Assembly: GCA_964016885.1 (NCBI GenBank)
Contig: CAXHJY010000096.1
Coordinates: 2,480,001 to 2,544,000 of the forward strand
Length of the DNA stretch: 64,000 nucleotides
DNA from: Eledone cirrhosa
Lineage: Eukaryota
Direction of reading: 5' to 3'
Position 1 is the first letter of the stretch. Each line of letters begins with the position of its first letter. Made by a program: the position numbers and the translations under genes. The notes under the pieces are model-generated. The model ran no database searches. It saw only the letters and a program-made list of their open reading frames with translations, and was not told the origin of the DNA. Shown one piece after another: positions 13,261 through 27,200 of this stretch.

Positions 13261-15499
13261 GTAAAAAAAAATCAGGGGGAGATAATTTGTAAAAAAAATC
13301 AAGGGGAGATAATTTCCAGCCGTCCAAGGGGAGATAATTTCCAGCCAGCCAAGTGGAGATAATTTGTAAAAAAATCAGGGGGAGATAATTTGTAAAAAAA
13401 ATCAGGGGGAGATAATTTGTAAAAAAAAATCAGGGGGAGATAATTTGTAAAAAAAATCAAGGGGAGATAATTTCCAGCCGTCCAAGGGGAGATAATTTTC
13501 AGCCGTCCAAGGGGAGATAATTTCCCGCCAGCCAAGGGAAGATAATATTTAAAAAAATCAGGCGGAGATAATTTGTAAAAAAAATCAGGGGGAGATAATT
13601 TGTAAAAAAATCAGGGGGAGATAATTTGTAAAAAAAAAATCAGGGGGAGATAATTTGTAAAAAAAATCAGGGGGAGATAATTTGTAAAAAAAATCAAGGG
13701 GAGATAATTTCCAGCCGTCCAAGGGGAGATAATTTTCAGCCGTCCAAGGGGAGATAATTTGTAAAAAAAATCAAGGGGAGATAATTTCCAGCCGTCCAAG
13801 GGGAGATAATTTCCCGCCAGCCAAGGGAAGATAATATTTAAAAAAATCAGGCGGAGATAATTTGTAAAAAAAATCAGGGGGAGATAATTTGTAAAAAAAT
13901 CAGGGGGAGATAATTTGTAAAAAAAAAATCAGGGGGAGATAATTTGTAAAAAAATCAGGGGGAGATAATTTGTAAAAAAAAATCAGGGGTAGATAAATTG
14001 TAAAAAAAAATCAGGGGGAGATAATTTGTAAAAAAAATCAGGGGGAGATAATTTGTAAAAAAAATGAAAGGGGAGATAATATCCAGCCGTCCAAGGGGAG
14101 ATAATTTCCAGCCGTCCAAGGGGAGATAATTTCCAGCCGTCCAAGGGGAGATAATTTCCATCCTTCCAAGGGGATATAATTTCCAGCCGTCCAAGGGGAG
14201 ATAATTTCCCGCCAGCCAAGGGAAGATAATTTTTAAAAAAATCAGGCGGAGATTGTAAAAAAAATCAGGGGGGAGATAATTTGTAAAAAAATCAGGGGGA
14301 GATAATTTGTAAAAAAAAATCAGGGGGAGATAATTTGTAAAAAAATTCAAGGGGAGATAATTTCCAGCCGTCCAAGGGGAGATAATTTCCCGCCAGCCAA
14401 GGGAAGATAATATTTAAAAAAATTAGGCGGAGATAATTTGTAAAAAAAATCAGGGGGAGATAATTTGTAAAAAAATCAGGGGGAGATAATTTGTAAAAAA
14501 AATCAGGGGGAGATAATTTGTAAAAAAAATCATGGGGAGATAATTTGTAAAAAAAAATCAGGGGTAGATAATTTGTAAAAAAAAATCAGGGGGAGATAAT
14601 TTGTAAAAAAAAATCAGGGGGAGATAATTTGTAAAAAAAATCAAGGGGAGATAATATCCAGCCGTCCAAGGAGAGATAATTTTAAAAAAAAATGAGGCGG
14701 AGATAATTTGTAAAAAAAAAATCAGGGGGAGTTAATTTGTAAAAAAAAATGAGGGGGAGATAATTTGTAAAAAAAATCAAGGGGAGATAATTTCCAGCCG
14801 TCCAAGGGGAGATAATTTTCAGCCGTCCAAGGAGAGGTAATTTCTAGCCGTCCAAGGGGAGATAATTTCCAGCCGTCCAAGGGGAGGTAATTTCCAGCCG
14901 TCCAAGGGGAGATAAATTAAAAAAAAAATCAGGCGGAGATAATTTGTAAAAAAAATCAAGGGGAGATAATTTGCAGCCGTCCAATGGGAGATAATTTTCA
15001 GTCGTCCAAGGAGAGGTAATTTCTAGCCGTCAAAGGGGAGATAATTTCCAGCCGTCCAAGGGGAGATAATTTCCAGCCGTCCAAGGGGAGATAATTTTTT
15101 TTTAAAAATCAGGCGGAGATAATTTGTAAAAAAAATCAGGGGGAGATAATTTGTAAACAAAATCAGGGGGAGATAATTTGTAAAAAAAAATCAGGGGGAG
15201 ATAATTTGTAAAAAAAATTAGGCGTAGATAATTTGTAAAAAAAAATCAGGGGGAGATAATTTGTAAAAAAAAATCAGGGGGAGATAATTTGTTTAAAAAA
15301 TCAAGGGGAGATAATTTGCAGCCGTCCAAGGGGAGATAATTTTCAGCCGTCCAAGGAGAGGTAATTTCTAGCCGTTCAAGGGGAGATAATTTCCAGCCGT
15401 CCAAGGGGAGATAATTTCCAGCCGTCCAAGGGGAGATAATTTTTTTTTTAAAATCAGGCGGAGATAATTTGTAAAAAAAAATCAGGGGGAGATAATTCG

Positions 15500-18400
15500 T
15501 AAAAAAAAATCAGGGGGAGATAATTTGTAAAAAAAAATCAGGGGGAGATAATTTGTAAAAAAAATCAAGGGGAGATAATTTCCAGCCGTCCAAGGGAAGA
15601 TAATTTCCAGCCCTCCAAGGGGCTATAATTTCCAGCGTCCAAGGGGAGATAATTTCCAGCCAGCGAAGGGGAGATAATTTTTTAAAAAAAATCATTGGGA
15701 GATTTGTAAAAAAAATCAGGGGGAGATAATTTGTAAAAAAAATCAAGGGGAGATAATTTCCAGCCGTCCAAGGGGAGGTAATATCTAGCCGTCCAAGGGT
15801 AGATAATTTCCAGCCGTCCAACGGGAGATAATTTCCAGCCGTCCAAGGGTAGATAATATCCAGCCGCCCAAGGACATATTTTCCAGCCGTCCAAGGAGAG
15901 GTAATTTCTAGCCGTCCAAGGGGAGATAATTTCCAGCCGTCCAAGGGTAGATAATATCCAGCCGTCCAAGGACATATTTTCCAGCCGTCCAAGGAGAGGT
16001 AATTTCTAGCCGTCCAAGGGGAGATAAATTCCAGCCTCCAAGGGGAGATAATTTCCAGCCAGCCAAGGGTAGATAATTTGTAAAAAAATCAGGGGGAGAT
16101 AATTTGTAAAAAAAATCAGGGGGAGATAATTTGTAAAAAAAAATCAGGGGGAGATAATTTGTAAAAAAAAATCAGGGGGAGATAATTTGCAAAAAAAATC
16201 AGGGGGAGATAATTTGTAAAAAAAAATCAGGGGTAGATAATTTGTAAAAAAAAATCAGGGGGAGATAATTTGTAAAAAAAAATCAGGGGGAGATAATTTG
16301 TAAAAAAAATCAAGGGGAGATAATTTCCAGCCGTCCAAGGAGAGATAATTTAAAAAAAAATCAGGCGGAGATAATTTGTAAAAAAAAATCAGGGGGAGAT
16401 AATTTGTAAAAAAAAATCAGGGGGAGATAATTTGTAAAAAAAAATCAGGGGGAGATAATTTGTAAAAAAAATCAGGAGGAGATAATTTGTAAAAAAAATC
16501 AAGGGGAGATAATTTCCAGCCGTCCAAGGGGAGATAATTTTCAGCCGTCCAAGGGGAGATAATTTCCCGCCAGCCAAGGGAAGATAATATTCAAAAAAAT
16601 CAGGCGGAGATAATTTGTAAAAAAAATCAGGGGGAGATAATTTGTAAAAAAATCAGGGGGAGATAATTTGTAAAAAAAAAATCAGGGGGAGATAATTTTT
16701 AAAAAAAATCAGGGGGAGATAATTTGTAAAAAAAAATCAGGGGTAGATAATTTGTAAAAAAAAATCAGGGGGAGATAATTTGTAAAAAAAAATCAGGGGG
16801 AGATAATTTGTAAAAAAAATGAAAGGGGAGATAATATCCAGCCGTCCAAGGGGAGATAATTTCCAGCCGTCCAAGGGGAGATAATTTCCAGCCGTCCAAG
16901 GGGAGATAATTTCCATCCTTCCAAGGGGATATAATTTCCAGCCGTCCAAGGGGAGATAATTTCCATCCTTCCAAGGGGATATAATTTCCAGCCGTCCAAG
17001 GGGAGATAATTTTCAGCCGTCCAAGGAGAGGTAATTTCTAGCCGTCCAAGGAGAGATAATTTCCAGCCGTCCAAGGGGAGATAATTTCCAGCCGTCCAAG
17101 GGGAGATAATTTCCAGCCGTCCAAGGAGACATATTTTCCAGCCGTCCAAGGAGAGGTAATTCCTAGCCGTCCAAGGGGAGATAAATTCCAGCCTCCAAGG
17201 GGAGATAATTTCCAGCCAGCCAAGGGGAGATAATTTGTAAAAAAAATCAGGGGGAGATAATTTGTAAAAAAAATCAGGGGGAGATAATTTGTAAAAAAAA
17301 ATCAGGGGGAGATAATTTGTAAAAAATAATCAGGGGGAGATAATTTGTAAAAAAAATCAAGGGGAGATAATTTCCAGCCGTCCAAGGGGAGATAATTTTC
17401 AGCCGTCCAAGGGGAGATAATTTCCCGCCAGCCAAGGGAAGATAATATTTAAAAAAATTAGGCGGAGATAATTTGTAAAAAAAATCAGGGGGAGATAATT
17501 TGTAAAAAAATCAGGGGGAGATAATTTGTAAAAAAAATCAGGGGGAGATAATTTGTAAAAAAAATCAGGGGGAGATAATTTGTAAAAAAAAATCAGGGGG
17601 AGATAATTTGTAAAAAAAATCAAGGGGAGATAATTTCCAGCCGTCCAAGGGAAGATAATTTCCAGCCCTCCAAGGGGCTATAATTTCCAGCGTCCAAGGG
17701 GAGATAATTTCCAGCCAGCGAAGGGGAGATAATTTTTTTTAAAAAATCATTGGGAGATTTGTAAAAAAAATCAGGGGGAGATAATTTGTAAAAAAAATCA
17801 AGGGGAGATAATTTCCAGCCGTCCAAGGGGAGGTAATATCTAGCCGTCCAAGGGGAGATAATTTCCAGCCGTCCAAGGGGAGATAATTTCCAGCCGTCCA
17901 AGGGTAGATAATATCCAGCCGTCCAAGGACATATTTTCCAGCCGTCCAAGGAGAGGTAATTTCTAGCCGTCCAAGGGGAGATAAATTCCAGCCTCCAAGG
18001 TGAGATAATTTCCAGCCAGCCAAGGGGAGATAATTTGTAAAAAAATCAGGGGGAGATAATTTGTAAAAAAAATCAGGGGGAGATAATTTGTAAAAAAAAA
18101 TCAGGGGGAGATAATTTGTAAAAAAAATCAGGGGGAGATAATTTGTAAAAAAAAATCAGGGGGAGATAATTTGTAAAAAAAATCAAGGGGAGATAATTTC
18201 CAGCCGTCCAAGGGGAGATAATTTCCCGCCAGCCAAGGGAAGATAATATTTAAAAAAATCAGGCGGAGATAATTTGTAAAAAAAATCAGGGGGAGATAAT
18301 TTGTAAAAAAATCAGGGGGAGATAATTTGTAAAAAAAAAATCAGGGGGAGATAATTTGTAAAAAAAATCAGGGGGAGATAATTTGTAAAAAAAAATCAGG

Positions 18401-21400
18401 GGTAGATAAATTGTAAAAAAAAATCAGGGGGAGATAATTTGTAAAAAAAATCAGGGGGAGATAATTTGTAAAAAAAATGAAAGGGGAGATAATATCCAGC
18501 CGTCCAAGGGGAGATAATTTCCAGCCGTCCAAGGGGAGATAATTTCCAGCCGTCCAAGGGGAGATAATTTCCATCCTTCCAAGGGGATATAATTTCCAGC
18601 CGTCCAAGGGGAGATAATTTCCCGCCAGCCAAGGGAAGATAATTTTTAAAAAAATCAGGCGGAGATTGTAAAAAAAATCAGGGGGGAGATAATTTGTAAA
18701 AAAATCAGGGGGAGATAATTTGTAAAAAATAATCAGGGGGAGATAATTTGTAAAAAAAAATCAAGGGGAGATAATTTCCAGCCGTCCAAGGGGAGATAAT
18801 TTCCCGCCAGCCAAGGGAAGATAATATTTAAAAAAATTAGGCGGAGATAATTTGTAAAAAAAATCAGGGGGAGATAATTTGTAAAAAAATCAGGGGGAGA
18901 TAATTTGTAAAAAAAATCAGGGGGAGATAATTTGTAAAAAAAATCATGGGGAGATAATTTGTAAAAAAAAATCAGGGGTAGATAATTTGTAAAAAAAAAT
19001 CAGGGGGAGATAATTTGTAAAAAAAAATCAGGGGGAGATAATTTGTAAAAAAAATCAAGGGGAGATAATTTCCAGCCGTCCAAGGGGAGATAATTTTCAG
19101 CTGTCCAAGGAGAGGTAATTTCTAGCCGTCCAAGGGGAGATAATTTCCAGCCGTCCAAGGGGAGGTAATTTCCAGCCGTCCAAGGGGAGATAATTTTAAA
19201 AAAAAAATCAGGCGGAGATAATTTGTAAAAAAAATCAAGGGGAGATAATTTGCAGCCGTCCAAGGGGAGATAATTTTCAGTCGTCCAAGGAGAGGTAATT
19301 TCTAGCCGTCCAAGGGGAGATAATTGCCAGCCGTCCAAGGGGAGATAATTTCCAGCCGTCCAAGGGGAGATAATTTTTTTTAAAAAATCAGGCGGAGATA
19401 ATTTGTAAAAAAAATCAGGGGGAGATAATTTGTAAAAAAAATCAGGGGGAGATAATTTGTAAAAAAAAATCAGGGGTAGATAATTTGTAAAAAAAAATCA
19501 GGGGGAGATAATTTGTAAAAAAAATCAAGGGGAGATAATTTCCAGCCGTCCAAGGGAAGATAATTTCCAGCCCTCCAAGGGGCTATAATTTCCAGCGTCC
19601 AAGGGGAGATAATTTCCAGCCAGCGAAGGGGAGATAATTTTTTAAAAAAAATCATTGGGAGATTTGTAAAAAAAATCAGGGGGAGATAATTTGTAAAAAA
19701 AATCAAGGGGAGATAATTTCCAGCCGTCCAAGGGGAGGTAATATCTAGCCGTCCAAGGGTAGATAATTTCCAGCCGTCCAACGGGAGATAATTTCCAGCC
19801 GTCCAAGGGTAGATAATATCCAGCCGCCCAAGGACATATTTTCCAGCCGTCCAAGGAGAGGTAATTTCTAGCCGTCCAAGGGGAGATAATTTCCAGCCGT
19901 CCAAGGGTAGATAATATCCAGCCGTCCAAGGACATATTTTCCAGCCGTCCAAGGAGAGGTAATTTCTAGCCGTCCAAGGGGAGATAAATTCCAGCCTCCA
20001 AGGGGAGATAATTTCCAGCCAGCCAAGGGGAGATAATTTGTAAAAAAATCAGGGGGAGATAATTTGTAAAAAAAATCAGGGGGAGATAATTTGTAAAAAA
20101 AAATCAGGGGGAGATAATTTGTAAAAAAAAATCAGGGGGAGATAATTTGCAAAAAAAATCAGGGGGAGATAATTTGTAAAAAAAAATCAGGGGTAGATAA
20201 TTTGTAAAAAAAAATCAGGGGGAGATAATTTGTAAAAAAAAATCAGGGGGAGATAATTTGTAAAAAAAATCAAGGGGAGATAATTTCCAGCCGTCCAAGG
20301 AGAGATAATTTTTAAAAAAATCAGGCGGAGATAATTTGTAAAAAAAAATCAGGGGGAGATAATTTGTAAAAAAAAATCAGGGGGAGATAATTTGTAAAAA
20401 AAAATCAGGGGGAGATAATTTGTAAAAAAAATCAGGAGGAGATAATTTGTAAAAAAAATCAAGGGGAGATAATTTCCAGCCGTCCAAGGAGAGATAATTT
20501 AAAAAAAAATCAGGCGGAGATAATTTGTAAAAAAAAATCAGGGGGAGATAATTTGTAAAAAAAAATCAGGGGGAGATAATTTGTAAAAAAAATCAAGGGG
20601 AGATAATTTCCAGCCGTCCAAGGGGAGATAATTTTCAGCCGTCCAAGGGGAGATAATTTCCCGCCAGCCAAGGGAAGATAATATTCAAAAAAATCAGACG
20701 GAGATAATTTGTAAAAAAAATCAGGGGGAGATAATTTGTAAAAAAATCAGGGGGAGATAATTTGTAAAAAAAAAAATCAGGGGGAGATAATTTGTAAAAA
20801 AAATCAGGGGGAGATAATTTGTAAAAAAAAATCAGGGGTAGATAATTTGTAAAAAAAAATCAGGGGGAGATAATTTGTAAAAAAAAATCAGGGGGAGATA
20901 ACTTGTAAAAAAAATGAAAGGGGAGATAATATCCAGCCGTCCAAGGGGAGATAATTTCCAGCCGTCCAAGGGGAGATAATTTCCAGCCGTCCAAGGGGAG
21001 ATAATTTCCATCCTTCCAAGGGGATATAATTTCCAGCCGTCCAAGGGGAGATAATTTCCATCCTTCCAAGGGGATATAATTTCCAGCCGTCCAAGGGGAG
21101 ATAATTTTCAGCCGTCCAAGGAGAGGTAATTTCTAGCCGTCCAAGGAGAGATAATTTCCAGCCGTCCAAGGGGAGATAATTTCCAGCCGTCCAAGGGGAG
21201 ATAATTTCCAGCCGTCCAAGGAGACATATTTTCCAGCCGTCCAAGGAGAGGTAATTCCTAGCCGTCCAAGGGGAGATAAATTCCAGCCTCCAAGGGGAGA
21301 TAATTTCCAGCCAGCCAAGGGGAGATAATTTGTAAAAAAAATCAGGGGGAGATAATTTGTAAAAAAAATCAGGGGGAGATAATTTGTAAAAAAAAATCAG

Positions 21401-22850
21401 GGGGAGATAATTTGTAAAAAATAATCAGGGGGAGATAATTTGTAAAAAAAATCAAGGGGAGATAATTTCCAGCCGTCCAAGGGGAGATAATTTTCAGCCG
21501 TCCAAGGGGAGATAATTTCCCGCCAGCCAAGGGAAGATAATATTTAAAAAAATTAGGCGGAGATAATTTGTAAAAAAAATCAGGGGGAGATAATTTGTAA
21601 AAAAATCAGGGGGAGATAATTTGTAAAAAAAATCAGGGGGAGATAATTTGTAAAAAAAATCAGGGGGAGATAATTTGTAAAAAAAAATCAGGGGGAGATA
21701 ATTTGTAAAAAAAATCAAGGGGAGATAATTTCCAGCCGTCCAAGGGAAGATAATTTCCAGCCCTCCAAGGGGCTATAATTTCCAGCGTCCAAGGGGAGAT
21801 AATTTCCAGCCAGCGAAGGGGAGATAATTTTTTTTAAAAAATCATTGGGAGATTTGTAAAAAAAATCAGGGGGAGATAATTTGTAAAAAAAATCAAGGGG
21901 AGATAATTTCCAGCCGTCCAAGGGGAGGTAATATCTAGCCGTCCAAGGGGAGATAATTTCCAGCCGTCCAAGGGGAGATAATTTCCAGCCGTCCAAGGGT
22001 AGATAATATCCAGCCGTCCAAGGACATATTTTCCAGCCGTCCAAGGAGAGGTAATTTCTAGCCGTCCAAGGGGAGATAAATTCCAGCCTCCAAGGTGAGA
22101 TAATTTCCAGCCAGCCAAGGGGAGATAATTTGTAAAAAAATCAGGGGGAGATAATTTGTAAAAAAAATCAGGGGGAGATAATTTGTAAAAAAAAATCAGG
22201 GGGAGATAATTTGTAAAAAAAATCAGGGGGAGATAATTTGTAAAAAAAAATCAGGGGGAGATAATTTGTAAAAAAAATCAAGGGGAGATAATTTCCAGCC
22301 GTCCAAGGGGAGATAATTTCCCGCCAGCCAAGGGAAGATAATATTTAAAAAAATCAGGCGGAGATAATTTGTAAAAAAAATCAGGGGGAGATAATTTGTA
22401 AAAAAATCAGGGGGAGATAATTTGTAAAAAAAAAATCAGGGGGAGATAATTTGTAAAAAAAATCAGGGGGAGATAATTTGTAAAAAAAAATCAGGGGTAG
22501 ATAAATTGTAAAAAAAAATCAGGGGGAGATAATTTGTAAAAAAAATCAGGGGGAGATAATTTGTAAAAAAAATGAAAGGGGAGATAATATCCAGCCGTCC
22601 AAGGGGAGATAATTTCCAGCCGTCCAAGGGGAGATAATTTCCAGCCGTCCAAGGGGAGATAATTTCCATCCTTCCAAGGGGATATAATTTCCAGCCGTCC
22701 AAGGGGAGATAATTTCCCGCCAGCCAAGGGAAGATAATTTTTAAAAAAATCAGGCGGAGATTGTAAAAAAAATCAGGGGGGAGATAATTTGTAAAAAAAT
22801 CAGGGGGAGATAATTTGTAAAAAAAAATCAGGGGGAGATAATTTGTAAAA
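15500..22850 (+). repeat. Tandem higher-order duplication, period 3960-4095 bp (the second copy carries an extra ~135 bp near 20.5-20.6 kb)
   Basis: ORF-track offsets are 15510/19470 (3960), then 16737/20832, 17620/21715 and 18396/22491 (4095). Both copies share the T6A8-TCATTGGG variant (~15680 and ~19640). Confidence 0.85.
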
Positions 22851-25800
22851 AATAATCAGGGGGAGATAATTTGTAAAAAAAAATCAAGGGGAGATAATTT
22901 CCAGCCGTCCAAGGGGAGGTAATATCTAGCCGTCCAAGGGGAGATAATTTCCAGCCGTCCAACGGGAGATAATTTCCAGCCGTCCATGGGTAGATAATAT
23001 CCAGCCGCCCAAGGACATATTTTCCAGCCCTCCAAGGAGAGGTAATTTCTAGCCGTCCAAGGGGAGATAATTACAGCCGTCCAAGGGTAGATAATATCCA
23101 GCCGTCCAAGGACATATTTTCCAGCCGTCCAAGGAGAGGTAATTTCTAGCCGTCCAAGGGGAGATAAATTCCAGCCTCCAAGGGGAGATAATTTCCAGCC
23201 AGCCAAGGGGAGATAATTTGTAAAAAAATCAGGGGGAGATAATTTGTAAAAAAAATCAGGGGGAGATAATTTGTAAAAAAAAATCAGGGGGAGATAATTT
23301 GTAAAAAAAAATCAGGGGGAGATAATTTGCAAAAAAAATCAGGGGGAGATAATTTGTAAAAAAAAATCAGGGGTAGATAATTTGTAAAAAAAAATCAGGG
23401 GGAGATAATTTGTAAAAAAAAATCAGGGGGAGATAATTTGTAAAAAAAATCAAGGGGAGATAATTTCCAGCCGTCCAAGGGAAGATAATTTCCAGCCCTC
23501 CAAGGGGCTATAATTTCCAGCGTCCAAGGGGAGATAATTTCCAGCCAGCGAAGGGGAGATAATTTTTTTTTAAAAATCATTGGGAGATTTGTAAAAAAAA
23601 TCAGGGGGAGATAATTTGTAAAAAAAATCAAGGGGAGATAATTTCCAGCCGTCCAAGGGGAGGTAATATCTAGCCGTCTAAGGGGAGATAATTTCCAGCC
23701 GTCCAACGGGAGATAATTTCCAGCCGTCCATGGGTAGATAATATCCAGCCGCCCAAGGACATATTTTCCAGCCGTCCAAGGAGAGGTAATTTCTAGCCGT
23801 CCAAGGGGAGATAATTTCCAGCCGTCCAAGGGTAGATAATATCCAGCCGTCCAAGGACATATTTTCCAGCCGTCCAAGGAGAGGTAATTTCTAGCCGTCC
23901 AAGGGGAGATAAATTCCAGCCTCCAAGGGGAGATAATTTCCAGCCAGCCAAGGGGAGATAATTTGTAAAAAAATCAGGGGGAGATAATTTGTAAAAAAAA
24001 TCAGGGGGAGATAATTTGTAAAAAAAAATCAGGGGGAGATAATTTGTAAAAAAAAATCAGGGGGAGAAAATTTGCAAAAAAAATCAGGGGGAGATAATTT
24101 GTAAAAAAAAATCAGGGGTAGATAATTTGTAAAAAAAAATCAGGGGGAGATAATTTGTAAAAAAAAATCAGGGGGAGATAATTTGTAAAAAAAATCAAGG
24201 GGAGATAATTTCCAGCCGTCCAAGGAGAGATAATTTAAAAAAAAATCAGGCGGAGATAATTTGTAAAAAAAAATCAGGGGGAGATAATTTGTAAAAAAAA
24301 TCAGGGGGAGATAATTTGTAAAAAAAAATCAGGGGTAGATAATTTGTAAAAAAAAATCAGGGGGAGATAATTTGTAAAAAAAAATCAGGGGGAGATAATT
24401 TGTAAAAAAAATCAAGGGGAGATAATTTCCAGCCGTCCAAGGAGAGATAATTTAAAAAAAAATCAGGGGGAGATAATTTGTAAAAAAAATCAAGGGGAGA
24501 TAATTTCCAGCCGTCCAAGGGGAGATAATTTTCAGCCGTCCAAGGGGAGATAATTTCCCGCCAGCCAAGGGAAGATAATATTCAAAAAAATCAGGCGGAG
24601 ATAATTTGTAAAAAAAATCAGGGGGAGATAATTTGTAAAAAAATCAGGGGGAGATAATTTGTAAAAAAAAAAATCAGGGGGAGATAATTTGTAAAAAAAA
24701 TCAGGGGGAGATAATTTGTAAAAAAAAATCAGGGGTAGATAATTTGTAAAAAAAAATCAGGGGGAGATAATTTGTAAAAAAAAATCAGGGGGAGATAATT
24801 TGTAAAAAAAATGAAAGGGGAGATAATATCCAGCCGTCCAAGGGGAGATAATTTCCAGCCGTCCAAGGGGAGATAATTTCCAGCCGTCCAAGGGGAGATA
24901 ATTTCCATCCTTCCAAGGGGATATAATTTCCAGCCGTCCAAGGGGAGATAATTTCCCGCCAGCCAAGGGAAGATAATTTTTAAAAAAATCAGGCGGAGAT
25001 TGTAAAAAAAATCAGGGGGGAGATAATTTGTAAAAAAATCAGGGGGAGATAATTTGTAAAAAAAAATCAGGGGGAGATAATTTGTAAAAAATAATCAGGG
25101 GGAGATAATTTGTAAAAAAAAATCAAGGGGAGATAATTTCCAGCCGTCCAAGGGGAGGTAATATCTAGCCGTCCAAGGGGAGATAATTTCCAGCCGTCCA
25201 ACGGGAGATAATTTCCAGCCGTCCATGGGTAGATAATATCCAGCCGCCCAAGGACATATTTTCCAGCCGTCCAAGGAGAGGTAATTTCTAGCCGTCCAAG
25301 GGGAGATAATTACAGCCGTCCAAGGGTAGATAATATCCAGCCGTCCAAGGACATATTTTCCAGCCGTCCAAGGAGAGGTAATTTCTAGCCGTCCAAGGGG
25401 AGATAAATTCCAGCCTCCAAGGGGAGATAATTTCCAGCCAGCCAAGGGGAGATAATTTGTAAAAAAATCAGGGGGAGATAATTTGTAAAAAAAATCAGGG
25501 GGAGATAATTTGTAAAAAAAAATCAGGGGGAGATAATTTGTAAAAAAAAATCAGGGGGAGATAATTTGCAAAAAAAATCAGGGGGAGATAATTTGTAAAA
25601 AAAAATCAGGGGTAGATAATTTGTAAAAAAAAATCAGGGGGAGATAATTTGTAAAAAAAAATCAGGGGGAGATAATTTGTAAAAAAAATCAAGGGGAGAT
25701 AATTTCCAGCCGTCCAAGGGAAGATAATTTCCAGCCCTCCAAGGGGCTATAATTTCCAGCGTCCAAGGGGAGATAATTTCCAGCCAGCGAAGGGGAGATA

Positions 25801-27200
25801 ATTTTTTTTTAAAAATCATTGGGAGATTTGTAAAAAAAATCAGGGGGAGATAATTTGTAAAAAAAATCAAGGGGAGATAATTTCCAGCCGTCCAAGGGGA
25901 GGTAATATCTAGCCGTCTAAGGGGAGATAATTTCCAGCCGTCCAACGGGAGATAATTTCCAGCCGTCCATGGGTAGATAATATCCAGCCGCCCAAGGACA
26001 TATTTTCCAGCCGTCCAAGGAGAGGTAATTTCTAGCCGTCCAAGGGGAGATAATTTCCAGCCGTCCAAGGGTAGATAATATCCAGCCGTCCAAGGACATA
26101 TTTTCCAGCCGTCCAAGGAGAGGTAATTTCTAGCCGTCCAAGGGGAGATAAATTCCAGCCTCCAAGGGGAGATAATTTCCAGCCAGCCAAGGGGAGATAA
26201 TTTGTAAAAAAATCAGGGGGAGATAATTTGTAAAAAAAATCAGGGGGAGATAATTTGTAAAAAAAAATCAGGGGGAGATAATTTGTAAAAAAAAATCAGG
26301 GGGAGAAAATTTGCAAAAAAAATCAGGGGGAGATAATTTGTAAAAAAAAATCAGGGGTAGATAATTTGTAAAAAAAAATCAGGGGGAGATAATTTGTAAA
26401 AAAAAATCAGGGGGAGATAATTTGTAAAAAAAATCAAGGGGAGATAATTTCCAGCCGTCCAAGGAGAGATAATTTAAAAAAAAATCAGGCGGAGATAATT
26501 TGTAAAAAAAAATCAGGGGGAGATAATTTGTAAAAAAAATCAGGGGGAGATAATTTGTAAAAAAAAATCAGGGGTAGATAATTTGTAAAAAAAAATCAGG
26601 GGGAGATAATTTGTAAAAAAAAATCAGGGGGAGATAATTTGTAAAAAAAATCAAGGGGAGATAATTTCCAGCCGTCCAAGGAGAGATAATTTAAAAAAAA
26701 ATCAGGGGGAGATAATTTGTAAAAAAAATCAAGGGGAGATAATTTCCAGCCGTCCAAGGGGAGATAATTTTCAGCCGTCCAAGGGGAGATAATTTCCCGC
26801 CAGCCAAGGGAAGATAATATTCAAAAAAATCAGGCGGAGATAATTTGTAAAAAAAATCAGGGGGAGATAATTTGTAAAAAAATCAGGGGGAGATAATTTG
26901 TAAAAAAAAAAATCAGGGGGAGATAATTTGTAAAAAAAATCAGGGGGAGATAATTTGTAAAAAAAAATCAGGGGTAGATAATTTGTAAAAAAAAATCAGG
27001 GGGAGATAATTTGTAAAAAAAAATCAGGGGGAGATAATTTGTAAAAAAAATGAAAGGGGAGATAATATCCAGCCGTCCAAGGGGAGATAATTTCCAGCCG
27101 TCCAAGGGGAGATAATTTCCAGCCGTCCAAGGGGAGATAATTTCCATCCTTCCAAGGGGATATAATTTCCAGCCGTCCAAGGGGAGATAATTTCCATCCT
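22520..27200 (+). repeat. Tandem higher-order duplication, period 2239 bp (about two copies)
   Basis: Offsets 22856/25095, 23395/25634 and 24729/26968 are all 2239. Variants seen only in these two copies: GTCCATGGGTAG, AATTACAGCC (~23070/~25309), GTCTAAGGGG (~23677/~25916), GGAGAAAATTTGC (~24063/~26302). Confidence 0.93.
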
